A stretch of 64,000 nucleotides of DNA, from assembly GCA_963666515.2 (NCBI GenBank), contig OY762897.2:4448001-4512000 (forward strand), written 5' to 3'. The translations under genes were made by a program, and so were the position numbers. Positions within the stretch are counted from its first letter, which is position 1. Every line of letters begins with the position of its first letter. This DNA comes from Candidatus Binatia bacterium (GTDB taxonomy: Bacteria; Desulfobacterota; Binatia; UBA9968; JAJDTQ01). The notes beneath the pieces were generated by a model. It searched no databases and had not been told where the DNA came from. It was given only the letters and a program-made list of their open reading frames with translations. Shown here piece by piece: positions 30,954 to 42,763 of the stretch.

Positions 30954-30988
30954 GGTTGCCCTCCTCCGCGACGCGTGCTCGGACACCG

Positions 30989-33403
30989 CTACCGCAGTGT
31001 GGCGTCGAACGCGGCACAGAGCCGGCGGGTCAGGTCCTCGTGCACGGCGTTGACCTCGCGGTCGGTGAGGGTTCTCTCCGGCGATCTGTAGAACACCTTG
31101 TAGGCGAGACTCTTCCGGCCTTCGCTGATGGGAGCGCCGGTGTACTCGTCGAAGACGTCCACTCTTTCGATGAGGTCCCGATCCAGCCCCCTGACCCACT
31201 CGATCACCGTCCGGCTCGGGAAGTCTTCGGCCACGACGATGGCGAGGTCCCGCTCAACCGACGGGAAACGGGGAATGGGGCGCACCCTGAAATCTGGCCG
31301 AGCATAGTGAACGACGGTGCTGAAGTCAAGCTCGAACAGGAAGCAGGGGGGCAGGTCGAATTCCTCGCGAACTCGCGGACTTATCTCGCCAACGTAGCCC
31401 AAGGGGGAGGTCCCGGCGAAGACCGCGGCGAACCTCCCCGGGTGCAGGACGGGCGGCGCGCCGTCCGCGGACCAGCGGGAATCGGCGCAGCCCAGGCCTT
31501 CCAGGAGGTCCTCCACGATGCCCTTCACGTCGGCGAACGCGAAGGCCCGGCTCTCCACCTTGAGGCCGCGTTGCGGCCGGTGGCCGCGGATCAGTCCGGC
31601 GACGTTCATCCGTTCGGTGTAACCGCCGCCGTCATCGAGCGAGAACACCTTGTTCAGCTCGAAGATCATCGAGCTCCCGCTGCGGCGCTCGGCGTGGTAA
31701 TGCAGGTTCTCGACCAGCCCGGGCAGCAGGCTCAGGCGCATCTCGTCGGTTTCCTGGCGCAGCGGATTGGTGACCCGCACGGGTTTGCCGTCCTCGCCCC
31801 ACAGTCCGGGAAAGGCGCCGTTCATCTTCGGCGAGCAGAAGGGCAGGGTCACCACCTCGCTCAACCCCGCGGTGGTGAGCAGCGAGCGGATCTTGCGCAT
31901 CCAGCGCAGGAGCGGGTCGCCCTGTCCGTCGCCCATCCGCACCGCCGGCAGCGTGGCCGGTATGTTGTCGTAGCCGTGAACCCGCGCCAGTTCCTCGACG
32001 ATGTCCGCCTCCCGGGTGAGGTCGAACCGGAACGAGGGCGGGGACGCCACGAGGTCGCGCTCGGAAGAGCGCTTCACCTCGAGCCCGAGGGATTCGATGA
32101 TGCCGCGAATGCGCTCCCGCGGCAGCTCCACCCCCAGGGCGCGCTTGACGCTGGCGTGCCGCAGCGTGATGTCGGGCGGTTTGCGGGCGCCGGGATAGGC
32201 GTCGGCGAACCCCGGCGCCACCCGGGCCTCGCCCATTTCCTCCCACAGCGCCGCCGCCCGGTCCATGGCGTAACGCGTCCCTTCGGGGTCGACGCCCCGC
32301 TCGAACCGGTGGGAGGCCTCGGTATGCATGCCCATGCGCTTGGCCGTCCGCCGGATGGTCAGCGGGTCGAAGTGGGCGCTCTCCAGCAGCACGGATTCCG
32401 TTTCCCCGGTCACCTCCGAGCCCGCGCCGCCCATGACGCCGGCCAGGGCCGCCGGGGTGTCGCCGTCGCAGATCAGCAGGTCGTCGGGATGGAGCGCCCG
32501 TTCCGATCCGTCGAGGGTGGTCAGCGTGCTCGACTCCCCGGCGGTGCGGACCACGATGCGCCGGCTGGTGATCTGTCCCGCGTCGAAGGCGTGCAGGGGC
32601 TGGCCGGTCTCCAGCATGACGTAGTTGGTGACGTCCACGATGTGGTTGATGGAGCGGATGCCGCAGGCTTCGAGCCGGAAGCGGAGCCACGGCGGCGACG
32701 GCGCCGGGCGGAGCCCGTGAATGAGCCGAGCCGAGTAGCGCGGGCACAGCGCCGGGTCCGCGACCTCCACCGACACCGGTATCGTCGGCGGGTGTTGGCG
32801 GAGGTGGTCGGGGATGGCGGGGACCCGGAGCCTGCCTCCGGTCAGCGCGGCGATCTCCCGGGCCAGGCCCAGGACGCTGAGGCAGTCGCCGCGGTTGGGC
32901 GTGACGCTCACCTCCAGCATCCAGTCGTCCAGGCCCAAGTACTCGTGCAGCGGCGCGCCCGCGGGGGCGTCGCCGGGCAACTCCATGACGCCCCGGTGAT
33001 CGTCGGAAAGCCCCAGCTCCTTCTCGGAGCAGAGCATGCCCTCCGAGGGGACTCCCCGGATGGGGCGCCGCTCGATGGCCTGCCCGGACGGCAGCACGGA
33101 GCCTACCCGCAGGAACGCGGTCTTCAGGCCCGGCCGGACGTTGGGCGCGCCGCATACGATGCGCAACGGTTCGCCGCGGTCGTGGACTTCGCATACCGAC
33201 AGCCGGTCGGCATCGGGATGGGGCCGGACGTCGGTCACCTCGACGACCACCGCGCCGGCGTCGTCCGACAGCGGCTTGACCGCCTCCACCTCCAGGCCCG
33301 CGTGGGTCAGCCGCTCGGCCAGCTCGTCCGGTCCGAAGGATCCGCCGCCGGCTGCGCCGGGGACCTCCACCCACTCCATCAGCCAGTTGAAAGTCAGCTT
33401 CAT
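30989..33403 (-). CDS. pheT: Phenylalanyl-tRNA synthetase beta subunit
   Basis: CGAPNV, TPNRGDCLS, RFERG; FDX-ACB C-terminus. Confidence 0.97.
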   Translation of the reverse strand: MKLTFNWLMEWVEVPGAAGGGSFGPDELAERLTHAGLEVEAVKPLSDDAGAVVVEVTDVRPHPDADRLSVCEVHDRGEPLRIVCGAPNVRPGLKTAFLRVGSVLPSGQAIERRPIRGVPSEGMLCSEKELGLSDDHRGVMELPGDAPAGAPLHEYLGLDDWMLEVSVTPNRGDCLSVLGLAREIAALTGGRLRVPAIPDHLRQHPPTIPVSVEVADPALCPRYSARLIHGLRPAPSPPWLRFRLEACGIRSINHIVDVTNYVMLETGQPLHAFDAGQITSRRIVVRTAGESSTLTTLDGSERALHPDDLLICDGDTPAALAGVMGGAGSEVTGETESVLLESAHFDPLTIRRTAKRMGMHTEASHRFERGVDPEGTRYAMDRAAALWEEMGEARVAPGFADAYPGARKPPDITLRHASVKRALGVELPRERIRGIIESLGLEVKRSSERDLVASPPSFRFDLTREADIVEELARVHGYDNIPATLPAVRMGDGQGDPLLRWMRKIRSLLTTAGLSEVVTLPFCSPKMNGAFPGLWGEDGKPVRVTNPLRQETDEMRLSLLPGLVENLHYHAERRSGSSMIFELNKVFSLDDGGGYTERMNVAGLIRGHRPQRGLKVESRAFAFADVKGIVEDLLEGLGCADSRWSADGAPPVLHPGRFAAVFAGTSPLGYVGEISPRVREEFDLPPCFLFELDFSTVVHYARPDFRVRPIPRFPSVERDLAIVVAEDFPSRTVIEWVRGLDRDLIERVDVFDEYTGAPISEGRKSLAYKVFYRSPERTLTDREVNAVHEDLTRRLCAAFDATLR

Positions 33404-33425
33404 GGTCGATTCGCGAGGCAGGACG

Positions 33426-34487
33426 CTAGGGCGGGAACTGTCTCAGGAAGCGGATGTCGTTCTGGAAGAACATCCGGATGTCGTCCATGCCGTACTTCAG
33501 CATGGCGATGCGCTCCACCCCCATGCCGAACGCGAAGCCCGAGAAGGTCTCGGTATCGTACCCCACGAAGCCGAACACGTTGGGGTCGATCATCCCCGAG
33601 CCGAGGATCTCCAGCCAGCCTGACCCCCGGCACACGCGGCAGTGGCCGGCGTCCTCGCTCTGCGGACCTTCGGTCCGCATGCTACCGCGGCACAGGATGC
33701 AGCCGATGTCCACCTCGGCGCTGGGCTCGGTGAACGGGAAGAAGCTCGGGCGGAAGCGCACGCGCACCTCGTCCTGGAATATCCGTTCGAGGAAGTGGGT
33801 CAGCACCCCCTTGAGGTCCCCGAAGGTGATGTCGTGGTCCACCATGAAGCCCTCCACCTGGTGGAACACGGGCGAGTGGGTGGCGTCGTCGTCGTGGCGG
33901 TAGACCGCGCCGGGCGCGATGATCTGGAGCGGCGGCCGGCGTTGCTCCATCACGCGGATCTGAACCGGTGAGGTGTGGGTGCGGAGCACGTGGTCGTCCG
34001 ACACGAAGAAGGTGTCCTGCATGTCCCGGGCTGGATGATCCCTGGGAATGTTGAGCGCCTCGAAGTTGTGGTAGTCGTCCTCCACGTCCGGCCCGCGGGC
34101 GATCTCGAACCCCATGCCGGTGAAGACGTCGATGATCTCGTCCGTGACCCGGGTGAGGGGATGCACGCGGCCCCGCTCCAGGCGGTTGCCGGGCAGCGTC
34201 ACGTCGAGCCGGGGGCCGCCGTCGAGCAGGCTCTCCCGGCTTTCCCGGAGATCCTTGAGGCGTGAGTCGAGAAGCCCTTCCAGTTCCGCCCGCCGCCGGT
34301 TCAGCTCCTGGCCGGCGCGCGGCCGCTCCTCGGCCGGCAGCTCCCCGAGCCCGCGCAGCAGCGCGGTGAGCCGCCCGCCCTTGCGGCCCAGGTAGTCGAT
34401 GCGGACCTGCTCCAGCTCCTGCTCCGAGGCGCACCGCTCGAGGCGGCCGACGACTTCCTCATGGAGCTTCTCGAGGGCTTCGATCAT
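33426..34487 (-). CDS. pheS: Phenylalanyl-tRNA synthetase alpha subunit
   Basis: HPARDMQDTF, FPFTEPS and GFAFGMGVER motifs. Confidence 0.97.
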   Translation of the reverse strand: MIEALEKLHEEVVGRLERCASEQELEQVRIDYLGRKGGRLTALLRGLGELPAEERPRAGQELNRRRAELEGLLDSRLKDLRESRESLLDGGPRLDVTLPGNRLERGRVHPLTRVTDEIIDVFTGMGFEIARGPDVEDDYHNFEALNIPRDHPARDMQDTFFVSDDHVLRTHTSPVQIRVMEQRRPPLQIIAPGAVYRHDDDATHSPVFHQVEGFMVDHDITFGDLKGVLTHFLERIFQDEVRVRFRPSFFPFTEPSAEVDIGCILCRGSMRTEGPQSEDAGHCRVCRGSGWLEILGSGMIDPNVFGFVGYDTETFSGFAFGMGVERIAMLKYGMDDIRMFFQNDIRFLRQFPP

Positions 34488-34503
34488 GGGTCGAGGCGGG
34501 GTC

Positions 34504-34935
34504 TCAGGGGTTGGACGGTTCCGCCGGATCGGGGTCCGGAGCGGCTGCCGGCTCGACGTCGGCGGCGCCTCCGCCGTCGGCGTCGAGGGCCTGCCTGGCG
34601 CACCGGGCGAGCTGGTCGAACACCGCGGCGTCGGTGGCCGCGAGATCGGCCAGGATCTTGCGGTCCAGCGCCACCCCGGCCTTCTTCAAGCCGTGGATGA
34701 GCCTGCTGTAGGACAGTCCGTTGACCCGCGCGCCGGCGCTGATGCGGACGTTCCACAAGCCCCGGAACGTTCGCTTGCGCACGCGCCGGTCCCGGTAGGC
34801 GTAGGCCAGTCCGCGCTCGACGGTCTCTCTGGCGACGCGGTACAGCCGGCGTCGGCCGCCGACGTACCCCTTGGCCAGTTTCATGATCTTTCTTCGGCGC
34901 CGGCGGGAAGCCGGTCCGCCTTTGACTCTGGGCAT
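34504..34935 (-). CDS. rplT: 50S ribosomal protein L20 (with acidic C-terminal tail)
   Basis: MPRVKGG, AYRDRR, FRGLW and [10 protein letters not shown] motifs. Confidence 0.96.
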   Translation of the reverse strand: MPRVKGGPASRRRRRKIMKLAKGYVGGRRRLYRVARETVERGLAYAYRDRRVRKRTFRGLWNVRISAGARVNGLSYSRLIHGLKKAGVALDRKILADLAATDAAVFDQLARCARQALDADGGGAADVEPAAAPDPDPAEPSNP

Positions 34936-35069
34936 GGCGTGTGCTCCTTGAACGAATATCAACGGGACGCTGCCGTAGAGGGCGCGCCCGAGCGCTTCGT
35001 CTGAACGGGTGTTGATGCGGAGGGTCCGCGCGGCTGTCCGCGGGACGTGAGTCGCTGCCCGGCCTCTCC

Positions 35070-35267
35070 CTACGCGTAGGGTATGAGACGCCGCATGGTC
35101 TTCGCTTCGTAGCTCGATACCGACTCGGCCTGTCTCAGGCGGCGTTTCCGCTTGCGGCTCTTGGTGGAAAGGATATGGCTCTTGAAACCGCGCCGTCTCA
35201 TGACCTTTCCGGTCTTGCTGACCTTGAACCTCTTGGCCGCTCCCCTCTTGGTCTTTATCTTGGGCAT
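35070..35267 (-). CDS. rpmI: 50S ribosomal protein L35
   Basis: [14 protein letters not shown]. Confidence 0.96.
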   Translation of the reverse strand: MPKIKTKRGAAKRFKVSKTGKVMRRRGFKSHILSTKSRKRKRRLRQAESVSSYEAKTMRRLIPYA

Positions 35268-35310
35268 CCTCTGTTCCTTGTCCCGTCTGTGGATTCGTTG
35301 TCCGTGTCCG

Positions 35311-35826
35311 TCAGGCGCTGGCCTTCGGCGTCAGAAGCATGGCCATGCTGCGCCCCTCCAGCTTCGGCGACACGTCCAGCTTCGCCAGGTCCTGGACCTC
35401 GTCGAAGACCCCGTTCAGCATGGCCCTGCCGAGTTCCGGGTGGGTGATCTCCCGGCCCCGGAAGAAGACCGACACCTTGACGCGCTGTCCCCGTTCGAGG
35501 AAACGCCGGATGTTCCGCACCTTGAACTCCCGGTCGTGCTGGTTGGTCCGGGCTCCCATCTTGACTTCCTTGACCGCGACGAAGGTGGCGTTGCGTTTCG
35601 CCTCCTGCGTCTTCTTCTTCTGCAGGTAGCGGAACTTTCCGTAGTCCAGCAGCCGGCACACCGGAGGCTGCGCGTCCGGAGCCACCTCCACCAGGTCGAG
35701 TTCCTGCTGCTCCGCGATTCCCAGCGCCTCATGCAACGGCATGACTCCGAGCTGCGCGCTGTCGGCGTCGATGACGCGGACCTCGCGCGCCCGGATCTGC
35801 TGGTTGATTCTCGTCGGCCGCGCTAT
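35311..35826 (-). CDS. infC: Translation initiation factor IF-3 (ATA start)
   Basis: AGGAGG-6 nt-ATA, then [16 protein letters not shown]; LDLVEV..PPVC; FRGRE. Confidence 0.93.
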   Translation of the reverse strand: MARPTRINQQIRAREVRVIDADSAQLGVMPLHEALGIAEQQELDLVEVAPDAQPPVCRLLDYGKFRYLQKKKTQEAKRNATFVAVKEVKMGARTNQHDREFKVRNIRRFLERGQRVKVSVFFRGREITHPELGRAMLNGVFDEVQDLAKLDVSPKLEGRSMAMLLTPKASA

Positions 35827-35869
35827 AAAGCACCTCCTGCTGGATTGCGCGCATGACGCGCGCTCGGCG

Positions 35870-37648
35870 TCACTGGGCCGGCTCCGTTTCCTGCCGCACG
35901 TCCTCCCGGAGCCTGTCGAGGAACGAGTCTACCGGCGTGGCCGGGAGGTTCTCGCCGCCGCGTTTCCTCGCCGACAGAGTCCCACTCTGCACTTCCTTGT
36001 CGCCGACCACCAGCGCGTACGGTATCTTGGCCAGTTGGGCTTCCCGTATCTTGAAACCCAGCTTCTCGTTGCGGTCGTCCAGCTCCACCCGCCATCCGTC
36101 CGCCAGCAGCCTGTCGCGCACGGCCGCGGCGTAGGGCTTCTGCTGATCCGTGACCGTCACGATGCGCGACTGCACGGGGGCCAGCCACAGGGGGAAAGCC
36201 CCCCCGGTATGCTCGATCAGCAGGGCCATGAAGCGTTCGATGGAGCCCAGTATCGCCCTGTGGATCATCACCGGCCGTTCGACCGCTCCGGTGGGTGAGA
36301 TGTAGCCAAGGTCGAACCGTTCGGGCATGGAGAAGTCGAGCTGGACCGTGCCGAGCTGCCAGCCTCGTTTCATCGCGTCCTTGACGACGAAATCGATTTT
36401 CGGGCCATAGAAGGCGCCGTCGCCTTCGCTGATCTCATAGGCTACGTTCCGTTTCTCCAGCGATGCGGCCAGTGCGGCCTCCGCCCGTTCCCAGGTCTCC
36501 AGAGCCCCCAGGTACTGGTCCGGCCTGGTGGAGAGGTAGACTTCCAGATCCTCGAAGTTGAACCTATGATACACCTCGCGAAGCATGTCAAGCAGCGAAG
36601 CGATCTCCTCCTCGATCTGCGATGGAGCGCAGAAGATGTGGGCGTCGTCCTGCGAGAAGCTCCGCACGCGCGTGAGCCCGGCGGTGACGCCGGATTTCTC
36701 GTAGCGGTGCAGCCGGCCGAAATCCGCCAGCCTGAGCGGCAGGTCCCGGTAGGAACGCTTCTTCGAGGCGTAGATGAACGTGTGGCTCGGGCAGTTCATG
36801 GGCTTCACCCCGAACTCGCGCTCGTCGACGTGGGTGAAGTACATGTCGTCCTTGTAGTGATCGTAGTGCCCCGAGCGGCGCCACAGGCCGGCGTCGAAGA
36901 TCTGCGGCGTGATCACTTCCTCGTAGCCGTAACGCACGTAGAGGCTTCGCATGTACTCCACCAGCGTGTTGTAGACGAAGGCTCCCTTGGGGTGGAAGAA
37001 CGGGCTCGCCGGCGCCGCGGGATGGAAGCTGAAGAGGTCCAGCTCCTTGCCGAGCTTGCGGTGGTCCCGCTTGCGCGCCTCCTCCAGGAGCGCCAGGTGT
37101 TCCTTCAACTGCTTCCGGGACGGGAACGCGGTGCCGTAGATGCGTTGGAGCATCTCGTTCCGCTCGTCGCCGCGCCAGTAGGCGCCGGCCACCGACGTGA
37201 GCTTGAATGCCTGGATCAGCCCGGTGCTGGGCAGGTGCGGGCCGCGGCAGAGGTCCACCCAGTCTCCCTGGCGGTAGAGCGACACGGTCTCGTCGGGAAT
37301 CCCGGAGAGGATCTCGACCTTGTAGTCCTCCCCCATGCCGCGGAACAGCTCGACGGCTTGGGCCTTCGGCACCTCCTCGCGCACGATGGACAAGTCCTGC
37401 CCCGCCAGCTCGCGCATCCGTTCCTCGATCTGCTCGATCTCCTCGGAAGAAAACGGCTTGTCGCGCTTGAAGTCGTAGTAGAAGCCGTCACGGGTGGTGG
37501 GGCCGATGGTGACCTGGGTCCCCGGGAACAGGCCCTGGACCGCCTGGGCCATGAGGTGGGCGGTGGAGTGGCGCAGGACGTCGATGCCCTCGGGGCTGTC
37601 GAGGGGGATGGTCTCGCCCCCGGCTACGGTTACGCGAATCTTGCTCAT
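35870..37648 (-). CDS. thrS: Threonyl-tRNA synthetase (short N-terminus)
   Basis: RHSTAH, DLCRGPH, KPMNCP, FYGPKID and HRAILGS motifs. Confidence 0.97.
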   Translation of the reverse strand: MSKIRVTVAGGETIPLDSPEGIDVLRHSTAHLMAQAVQGLFPGTQVTIGPTTRDGFYYDFKRDKPFSSEEIEQIEERMRELAGQDLSIVREEVPKAQAVELFRGMGEDYKVEILSGIPDETVSLYRQGDWVDLCRGPHLPSTGLIQAFKLTSVAGAYWRGDERNEMLQRIYGTAFPSRKQLKEHLALLEEARKRDHRKLGKELDLFSFHPAAPASPFFHPKGAFVYNTLVEYMRSLYVRYGYEEVITPQIFDAGLWRRSGHYDHYKDDMYFTHVDEREFGVKPMNCPSHTFIYASKKRSYRDLPLRLADFGRLHRYEKSGVTAGLTRVRSFSQDDAHIFCAPSQIEEEIASLLDMLREVYHRFNFEDLEVYLSTRPDQYLGALETWERAEAALAASLEKRNVAYEISEGDGAFYGPKIDFVVKDAMKRGWQLGTVQLDFSMPERFDLGYISPTGAVERPVMIHRAILGSIERFMALLIEHTGGAFPLWLAPVQSRIVTVTDQQKPYAAAVRDRLLADGWRVELDDRNEKLGFKIREAQLAKIPYALVVGDKEVQSGTLSARKRGGENLPATPVDSFLDRLREDVRQETEPAQ

Positions 37649-37708
37649 CCTATTCCTGTTATAGTCGGCAAAGAGCGACGGTTCTTTAGGGCAGGCAACC
37701 GCGGGGAA

Positions 37709-37783
37709 TGGTAGGCACGGGCGGGATTGAACCGCCGACCTCTTCCGCGTCAAGGAAGCGCTCTCCCACTGAGCTACGTGCCT
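37709..37783 (-). tRNA. tRNA-Val(GAC)
   Basis: AGGCACG...CGTGCCTACCA; anticodon arm CTTCC-TTGACGC-GGAAG. Confidence 0.96.
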
Positions 37784-37834
37784 CGATGCACCTTTGCAAA
37801 GGTCTGATTTTACTACCAAACGGAGGGGTCTCTG

Positions 37835-39163
37835 TCAATGGCGGGGCGGCCTGCGGGAGGCCGGGACGGCGGCGTCGAGCGAGGCGGCGGCGAGTTTCCT
37901 GAGCTGCCCCGAGACCTTGGCCGTCACCAGCGCGGTGATGCGCACGTCGTCCGCGCCGTATTCTTCGTGGAGCACCTGCCCCCGGGCGCGCAGGAACGGC
38001 ACGATGACGGTCTCGGACTGCGGCAGCGTCAGGTGGATCCTCTGCTTCCCCCGGTCCAGCAGTCCGGCGATGGTTTCCAGCAGGCGCTCGACGCCCGCCC
38101 CGGTGCGGGCGGAGATGGGACAGAGGCCCTCGTGGCCGCTCTGCGGGTAGAGAGGCAGGCCCTCGGCGGCGTCGATCTTGTTGGGCACGATGAGCCGGGG
38201 GATCTCGGCCGCTCCGATGTCGTCCAGCACCGACTCGACGATGGCGAGTTGCCGTTCGGCCAGCGGGCTCGTGGGGTCCATCACGCAGAGCAGCAGGTCC
38301 GCCTCGTGGATTTCCTCCAGGGTGGCCTTGAAGGCGTCCATGAGGGTGTGGGGGATCTTGTTGATGAAGCCCACGGTGTCTACCAGCATGACCCGTTCGC
38401 CGTTGGGGAGGCGCAACGCACGGGTGCGCGGGTCGAGGGTGGCGAAGAGCTTGTCCTCCACCAGCGCCCCCGCCCGGGTGAGGCGGTTCATCAGGGTGGA
38501 CTTGCCGGCGTTGGTGTAGCCCACCAGCGCCACCGTGGGATAGGGGACGGACTCCCGTTCCTTGCGCTGAAGCCGCCGGGTCTTGGCGACGCCGTCGAGC
38601 CGCCGCTTGAGGCGGCCGATGCGCTCCCGGATGCGCCGGCGGTCCACCTCTAGCTGGGTCTCGCCCGGACCGCGCGTGCCGATGCCCCCGCCCAGCCGGG
38701 ACAGGTGCGCCCACAGCCGGGTCAGCCGGGGAAGCAGGTATTCGAGTTGGGCCAGCTCCACCTGGAGCTTGCCTTCGCGGCTCTGGGCGCGCTGAGCGAA
38801 GATGTCCAGGATGAGCTGCGTGCGGTCCACCACCCGGAGGTCCAGCGCCGACTCCAGGTTCCGTTGCTGGGCCGGGGTGAGGTCGTTGTCGAAGATGACC
38901 AGGTCGGGTTTGTGTTCCTCGGCGAAGGCGCGGACCTCGGCGACCTTGCCCGAGCCTACCAGCGTGGCGGTATGGAACCGGGCCGAATTCTGGCTGAACA
39001 CGCCGATGACCCGGGCGCCGGCGCTGGCGGCGAGTCCCCGGAGTTCCTCCAGGCTGTCCTCCAGCGGCACGCCGTCGCCGGAGGCCGGCGTGTCGGCGCC
39101 TACCAGCACGGCGCGCTCGGTTTGTCCGCCCAAAGGGTCCCGTTCGCCATTCCTGAACGTCAT
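37835..39163 (-). CDS. hflX: GTPase HflX
   Basis: [29 protein letters not shown] and NKID motifs. Confidence 0.95.
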   Translation of the reverse strand: MTFRNGERDPLGGQTERAVLVGADTPASGDGVPLEDSLEELRGLAASAGARVIGVFSQNSARFHTATLVGSGKVAEVRAFAEEHKPDLVIFDNDLTPAQQRNLESALDLRVVDRTQLILDIFAQRAQSREGKLQVELAQLEYLLPRLTRLWAHLSRLGGGIGTRGPGETQLEVDRRRIRERIGRLKRRLDGVAKTRRLQRKERESVPYPTVALVGYTNAGKSTLMNRLTRAGALVEDKLFATLDPRTRALRLPNGERVMLVDTVGFINKIPHTLMDAFKATLEEIHEADLLLCVMDPTSPLAERQLAIVESVLDDIGAAEIPRLIVPNKIDAAEGLPLYPQSGHEGLCPISARTGAGVERLLETIAGLLDRGKQRIHLTLPQSETVIVPFLRARGQVLHEEYGADDVRITALVTAKVSGQLRKLAAASLDAAVPASRRPPRH

Positions 39164-39228
39164 GGGGAAAGCCGGCCTCTTCTCGACCTGTCGCTGCTGC
39201 AACGCTTCCGATCCGGCCGGGGCATCGG

Positions 39229-42200
39229 TCAGTGCGTCCTGTGCGAAATCCGTGCGCCGAACTTCCGGTGCACGGTGTCCAGCAGCCTTCTCGATGGGTT
39301 TATGCGGAAGTCGGCGGGTCCGACGACCTTGGTTTCCCGGGCGGCGGTGGTCATGTGCAGATAGACCGAGGCCGGCCCCTGCTCCCGGGCGATGAGGTCG
39401 TGGAACACATGCAGTTCTTCCCGTGTCACCCCGGTCAGGAAAAAGTGAACTTCCCGGGGAACCTTGCTCGCAGGGGCGGCGATGGCCTGCGCGCACGCTT
39501 CCTCCAGCGGAAGGATGTCGTTGGCGATCAGCGTGACGCGCTCCTCGCCCACGTCGAGCCTGCCCTTGACCCGGATGGGGTCGTCGCGTCCGATGCTGTC
39601 CGCGGTCTCCCGGTAGGTGTCGGGCCACGCGATGGTGTCCACGAACCCGGTCTTGTCCTCCAGGTTGAAGTTGGCGTAACGCTCCCCCTTCTTGGTGTTC
39701 TTGAGCTTCAGCGCCGTCACCACCCCCACCATGGTCACCTCGCCGTTGTTGCCGTGTCCCCGCACCCGGTTCGCCGGCAACACCCGCAGGCGCTTGAGAG
39801 ACTCCTCGAACCGGTCCAGCGGATGGCCCGTGATGTAGAAACCCAGGGTCTCCTTCTCGAAGGCCAGGAGCTGTCCGCCGCTCCATTCCTCGACGGACTC
39901 GTAGGCGTCCATGGGGTCGCTGGCCGGCCCCTCCAGCAGGTCGAACATGCCGAACTGGGAGCTGTCCCGGTCCCGCTGGGACGACTGCCCCGCCTTCAGG
40001 GCGTCGTCCAGCGCCGCCATGAGGCGGGCGCGGTACACGCCGGTGGAATCGAAGGCGCCGCACTTGACGAGGCTTTCGGCCACGCGCCGGTTGACCACCT
40101 TGAGGTCCACGCGCCGGCAGAAGTCCACCAGCGACTCGAACGGACCGGTCCGTTCGCGGGTCTCCTGGATCACCTCCACGGCCTTTTCGCCGACGTTCTT
40201 GACCGCGGAGAGGCCGAAGCGGATACGGTCGCCCACCACGGTGAACCGGGGGCCGCCCTCGTTGACGTCCGGCGGCAGCACCTCCACGCCCTGCTCGCGG
40301 CACTCCGCGAGGTTCTTGATCACCTTGTCCGTGTCGCCCATCTCCGAACTCATCAAGGCCGCCATGAACTCCACCGGGTAGTGCGCCTTGAGCCAGGCCG
40401 TGTGGTAGGAGACCAGCGCATAGGCGGCGGAATGGGACTTGTTGAAGCCGTAGCGCGCGAAGGTCTCCATCTGGTCGAATATCTCGGTGGCCTGGTCTTC
40501 CCGTATACCGTTGGCCTGGGCGCCTTCGATGAACCGCTGCCGCTGGCTGGCCATCTCCTCGGGGTCCTTCTTGCCCATGGCGCGGCGCAGGATGTCGGCG
40601 TCGCCGAGGCCGTAGTTGGCCAGGGTCTGGGCGATCTGCATGACCTGCTCCTGGTACACGATGACGCCGTAGGTGTCCTTCAGGATGGGCGCCAAGTCGG
40701 GATGCAGGTAGGAAACCTTCTCCTTGCCGCTCTTGCGCTTGATGTATTCTTCCGCCATCCCGCTGTCGAGCGGCCCCGGGCGGTAAAGCGCGAGGATGGC
40801 CACGAGGTCCTCGAAGCAGTTGGGCTTGATGCGCACGCTCATGTCGCGGATGCCCGTGCTTTCAAGCTGGAAGATTCCGGTGGTGTTGCCGCTGCCTACC
40901 AGGCGGTAGGCTTCCTCGTCGTCCAGGGCCAGCTTCTGGAGATCGGGCGCGGCGCCGCGGCTTTCCCGGACCAGGTCCAGGCAGTCGTGGATCAGCGTCA
41001 GCGTCTTGAGCCCCAGAAAGTCGAACTTGATGAGCCCGATCTTCTCCACGCTGGACATGTCGTACTGGGTGACGATGTTGCCGTCCCGGTCCTGGTACAG
41101 GGGCAGGCGGTCCACCAGCGGAAGGTTGGAGATCACCACCCCCGCAGCGTGGGTGGACGAGTGCCGGGTGAGGCCCTCCAGGCGTAGCGCGTGGTTGATG
41201 AGGCTGGCCACGCGCGGGTCCTCGTCCGCGAGCTGGTTCAAGCGAGGCTCCTGCTTGAGGGCTTCGGTGAGCGGGCAGTCGAACCCCTGCCGGGAAGCGG
41301 GCACCAGCTTGGCGATGGCGTCGGTCTCCCCGAACGAGAGCCCCAGGGCGCGTCCCACGTCGCGGATGGCGGCCTTGGCCTTGAGGGTCCCGAAGGTGGT
41401 GATCTGGGCCACCTTGTCGGCGCCGTACTTGTCCTTGACGTACTGGATCACCTGGTCGCGGCCGCGGATGCAGAAGTCCACGTCGATGTCCGGCATGGAG
41501 CGCCGTTCCGGGTTCAGGAAGCGCTCGAACAGCAGGTTGTGCCGGATCGGGTCGAGGTCGGTGATGCGCAGGGCGTAGGCCACCAGGCTGCCGGCCGCGG
41601 AGCCGCGTCCCGGCCCCACCGGGATGCCCTCGTCCTTGGCGTAGTTGATGAAGTCCGCGACGATGAGGAAGTAGCCCGGGAACTGCATGTCCTTGATCAC
41701 GCCAAGTTCGTAGTCGAGCCTGTCGCCATAGGCGTCGCGGTCGACGTCGCCGGCGTCCTTGAGCCGCTCGTCCAGTCCCTTGCGGGCGCACGCATCAAGG
41801 TAGTCGTCGAGACTCTCCGAGTTCGGCGCCTCGTATTGCGGGAAGTGGTACTTGCCGAACTCGATCTCCACGTCGCACCGTTCCGCGATGGCGACGCTCT
41901 GGGCCACGGCGTCCGGCACGTGCGCGAACCCCTCCAGCATCTGGCCGGTGGACTTGAGGAACAGCTCATCGGTGTCCATCTTCATCCGGTTGGGGTCGTT
42001 GTGTCCCTTGCCGGTCTGGATGCACAGCAGGATGTCGTGGGCCTGGGCGTCCTCGGGGTCCAGGTAGTGGCAGTCGTTGGTGGCGACGATGGGCAGCGAG
42101 AGGTCCTTGCCCAGCTCCAGGATGCCGGCGTTGACCTTCTCCTGGAGCGGCAGCTTGTTGTCCTGGGCCTCCAGGTAGTAGCGGTCGTCGAAGATGGCCC

Positions 42201-42702
42201 GGTAGTCCTCCGCCACCTTCCTGGCCTGGTCCATGGAGCCCAGGGTCAGGGCCTTGGCCATCTCGCCGCTCAGGCAGCCGCTCAGGGCGATGATGCCGGC
42301 GTTGAATTCCCGCAGAAGCTCCTTGTCGATGCGCGGCTTGTAGTAGAAGCCCTCGGTGAAGCCGTGCGTGACCAGCCGGCAGAGGTTCTGGTAGCCCTCG
42401 TTGTTCATGGCCAGCAGGATCAGGTGGTGGTTGTATTCCTTGTTGCCGCGGTCGACCCCCTGACGCTCGTAGCGGCTGCCCGGCGCGACGTAGACCTCGC
42501 AGCCCAGGACCGGCTTGATGCCGGCCTCCACCGCCTTCCGGTAGAACTCCACCGCGCCGAACATGTTGCCGTGGTCGGTCATGGCGATGGCCGGCTGCCC
42601 CAGGGCCTTGGCCCGCTCGATGAGCGGATCGATCTTGTTGGCGCCGTCGAGCAGGCTGTACTGGGTGTGGCAATGAAGGTGTACGAAGCTGTGGTCGCTC
42701 AT
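39229..42702 (-). CDS. dnaE: DNA polymerase III alpha subunit
   Basis: PHP domain HLHCH..SLLDG; GRGSAAG, PDIDVD, KFDFLGL and FNKSH motifs. Confidence 0.97.
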   Translation of the reverse strand: MSDHSFVHLHCHTQYSLLDGANKIDPLIERAKALGQPAIAMTDHGNMFGAVEFYRKAVEAGIKPVLGCEVYVAPGSRYERQGVDRGNKEYNHHLILLAMNNEGYQNLCRLVTHGFTEGFYYKPRIDKELLREFNAGIIALSGCLSGEMAKALTLGSMDQARKVAEDYRAIFDDRYYLEAQDNKLPLQEKVNAGILELGKDLSLPIVATNDCHYLDPEDAQAHDILLCIQTGKGHNDPNRMKMDTDELFLKSTGQMLEGFAHVPDAVAQSVAIAERCDVEIEFGKYHFPQYEAPNSESLDDYLDACARKGLDERLKDAGDVDRDAYGDRLDYELGVIKDMQFPGYFLIVADFINYAKDEGIPVGPGRGSAAGSLVAYALRITDLDPIRHNLLFERFLNPERRSMPDIDVDFCIRGRDQVIQYVKDKYGADKVAQITTFGTLKAKAAIRDVGRALGLSFGETDAIAKLVPASRQGFDCPLTEALKQEPRLNQLADEDPRVASLINHALRLEGLTRHSSTHAAGVVISNLPLVDRLPLYQDRDGNIVTQYDMSSVEKIGLIKFDFLGLKTLTLIHDCLDLVRESRGAAPDLQKLALDDEEAYRLVGSGNTTGIFQLESTGIRDMSVRIKPNCFEDLVAILALYRPGPLDSGMAEEYIKRKSGKEKVSYLHPDLAPILKDTYGVIVYQEQVMQIAQTLANYGLGDADILRRAMGKKDPEEMASQRQRFIEGAQANGIREDQATEIFDQMETFARYGFNKSHSAAYALVSYHTAWLKAHYPVEFMAALMSSEMGDTDKVIKNLAECREQGVEVLPPDVNEGGPRFTVVGDRIRFGLSAVKNVGEKAVEVIQETRERTGPFESLVDFCRRVDLKVVNRRVAESLVKCGAFDSTGVYRARLMAALDDALKAGQSSQRDRDSSQFGMFDLLEGPASDPMDAYESVEEWSGGQLLAFEKETLGFYITGHPLDRFEESLKRLRVLPANRVRGHGNNGEVTMVGVVTALKLKNTKKGERYANFNLEDKTGFVDTIAWPDTYRETADSIGRDDPIRVKGRLDVGEERVTLIANDILPLEEACAQAIAAPASKVPREVHFFLTGVTREELHVFHDLIAREQGPASVYLHMTTAARETKVVGPADFRINPSRRLLDTVHRKFGARISHRTH

Positions 42703-42763
42703 GAGCCTGTGTCCCGGGCGGACCGAAGGGTCGCGCCGTTCATCCTGTTTCTCTATCGTCGCG

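Noticed and set aside
29409-37819. ORF-track 5' extensions of pcm, thrS, nlpD and ihfA (also glmS, hisG and hflX elsewhere)
   Set aside because: They run through tRNAs or upstream genes; starts were reassigned by RBS and family N-termini, so they are not real fusions
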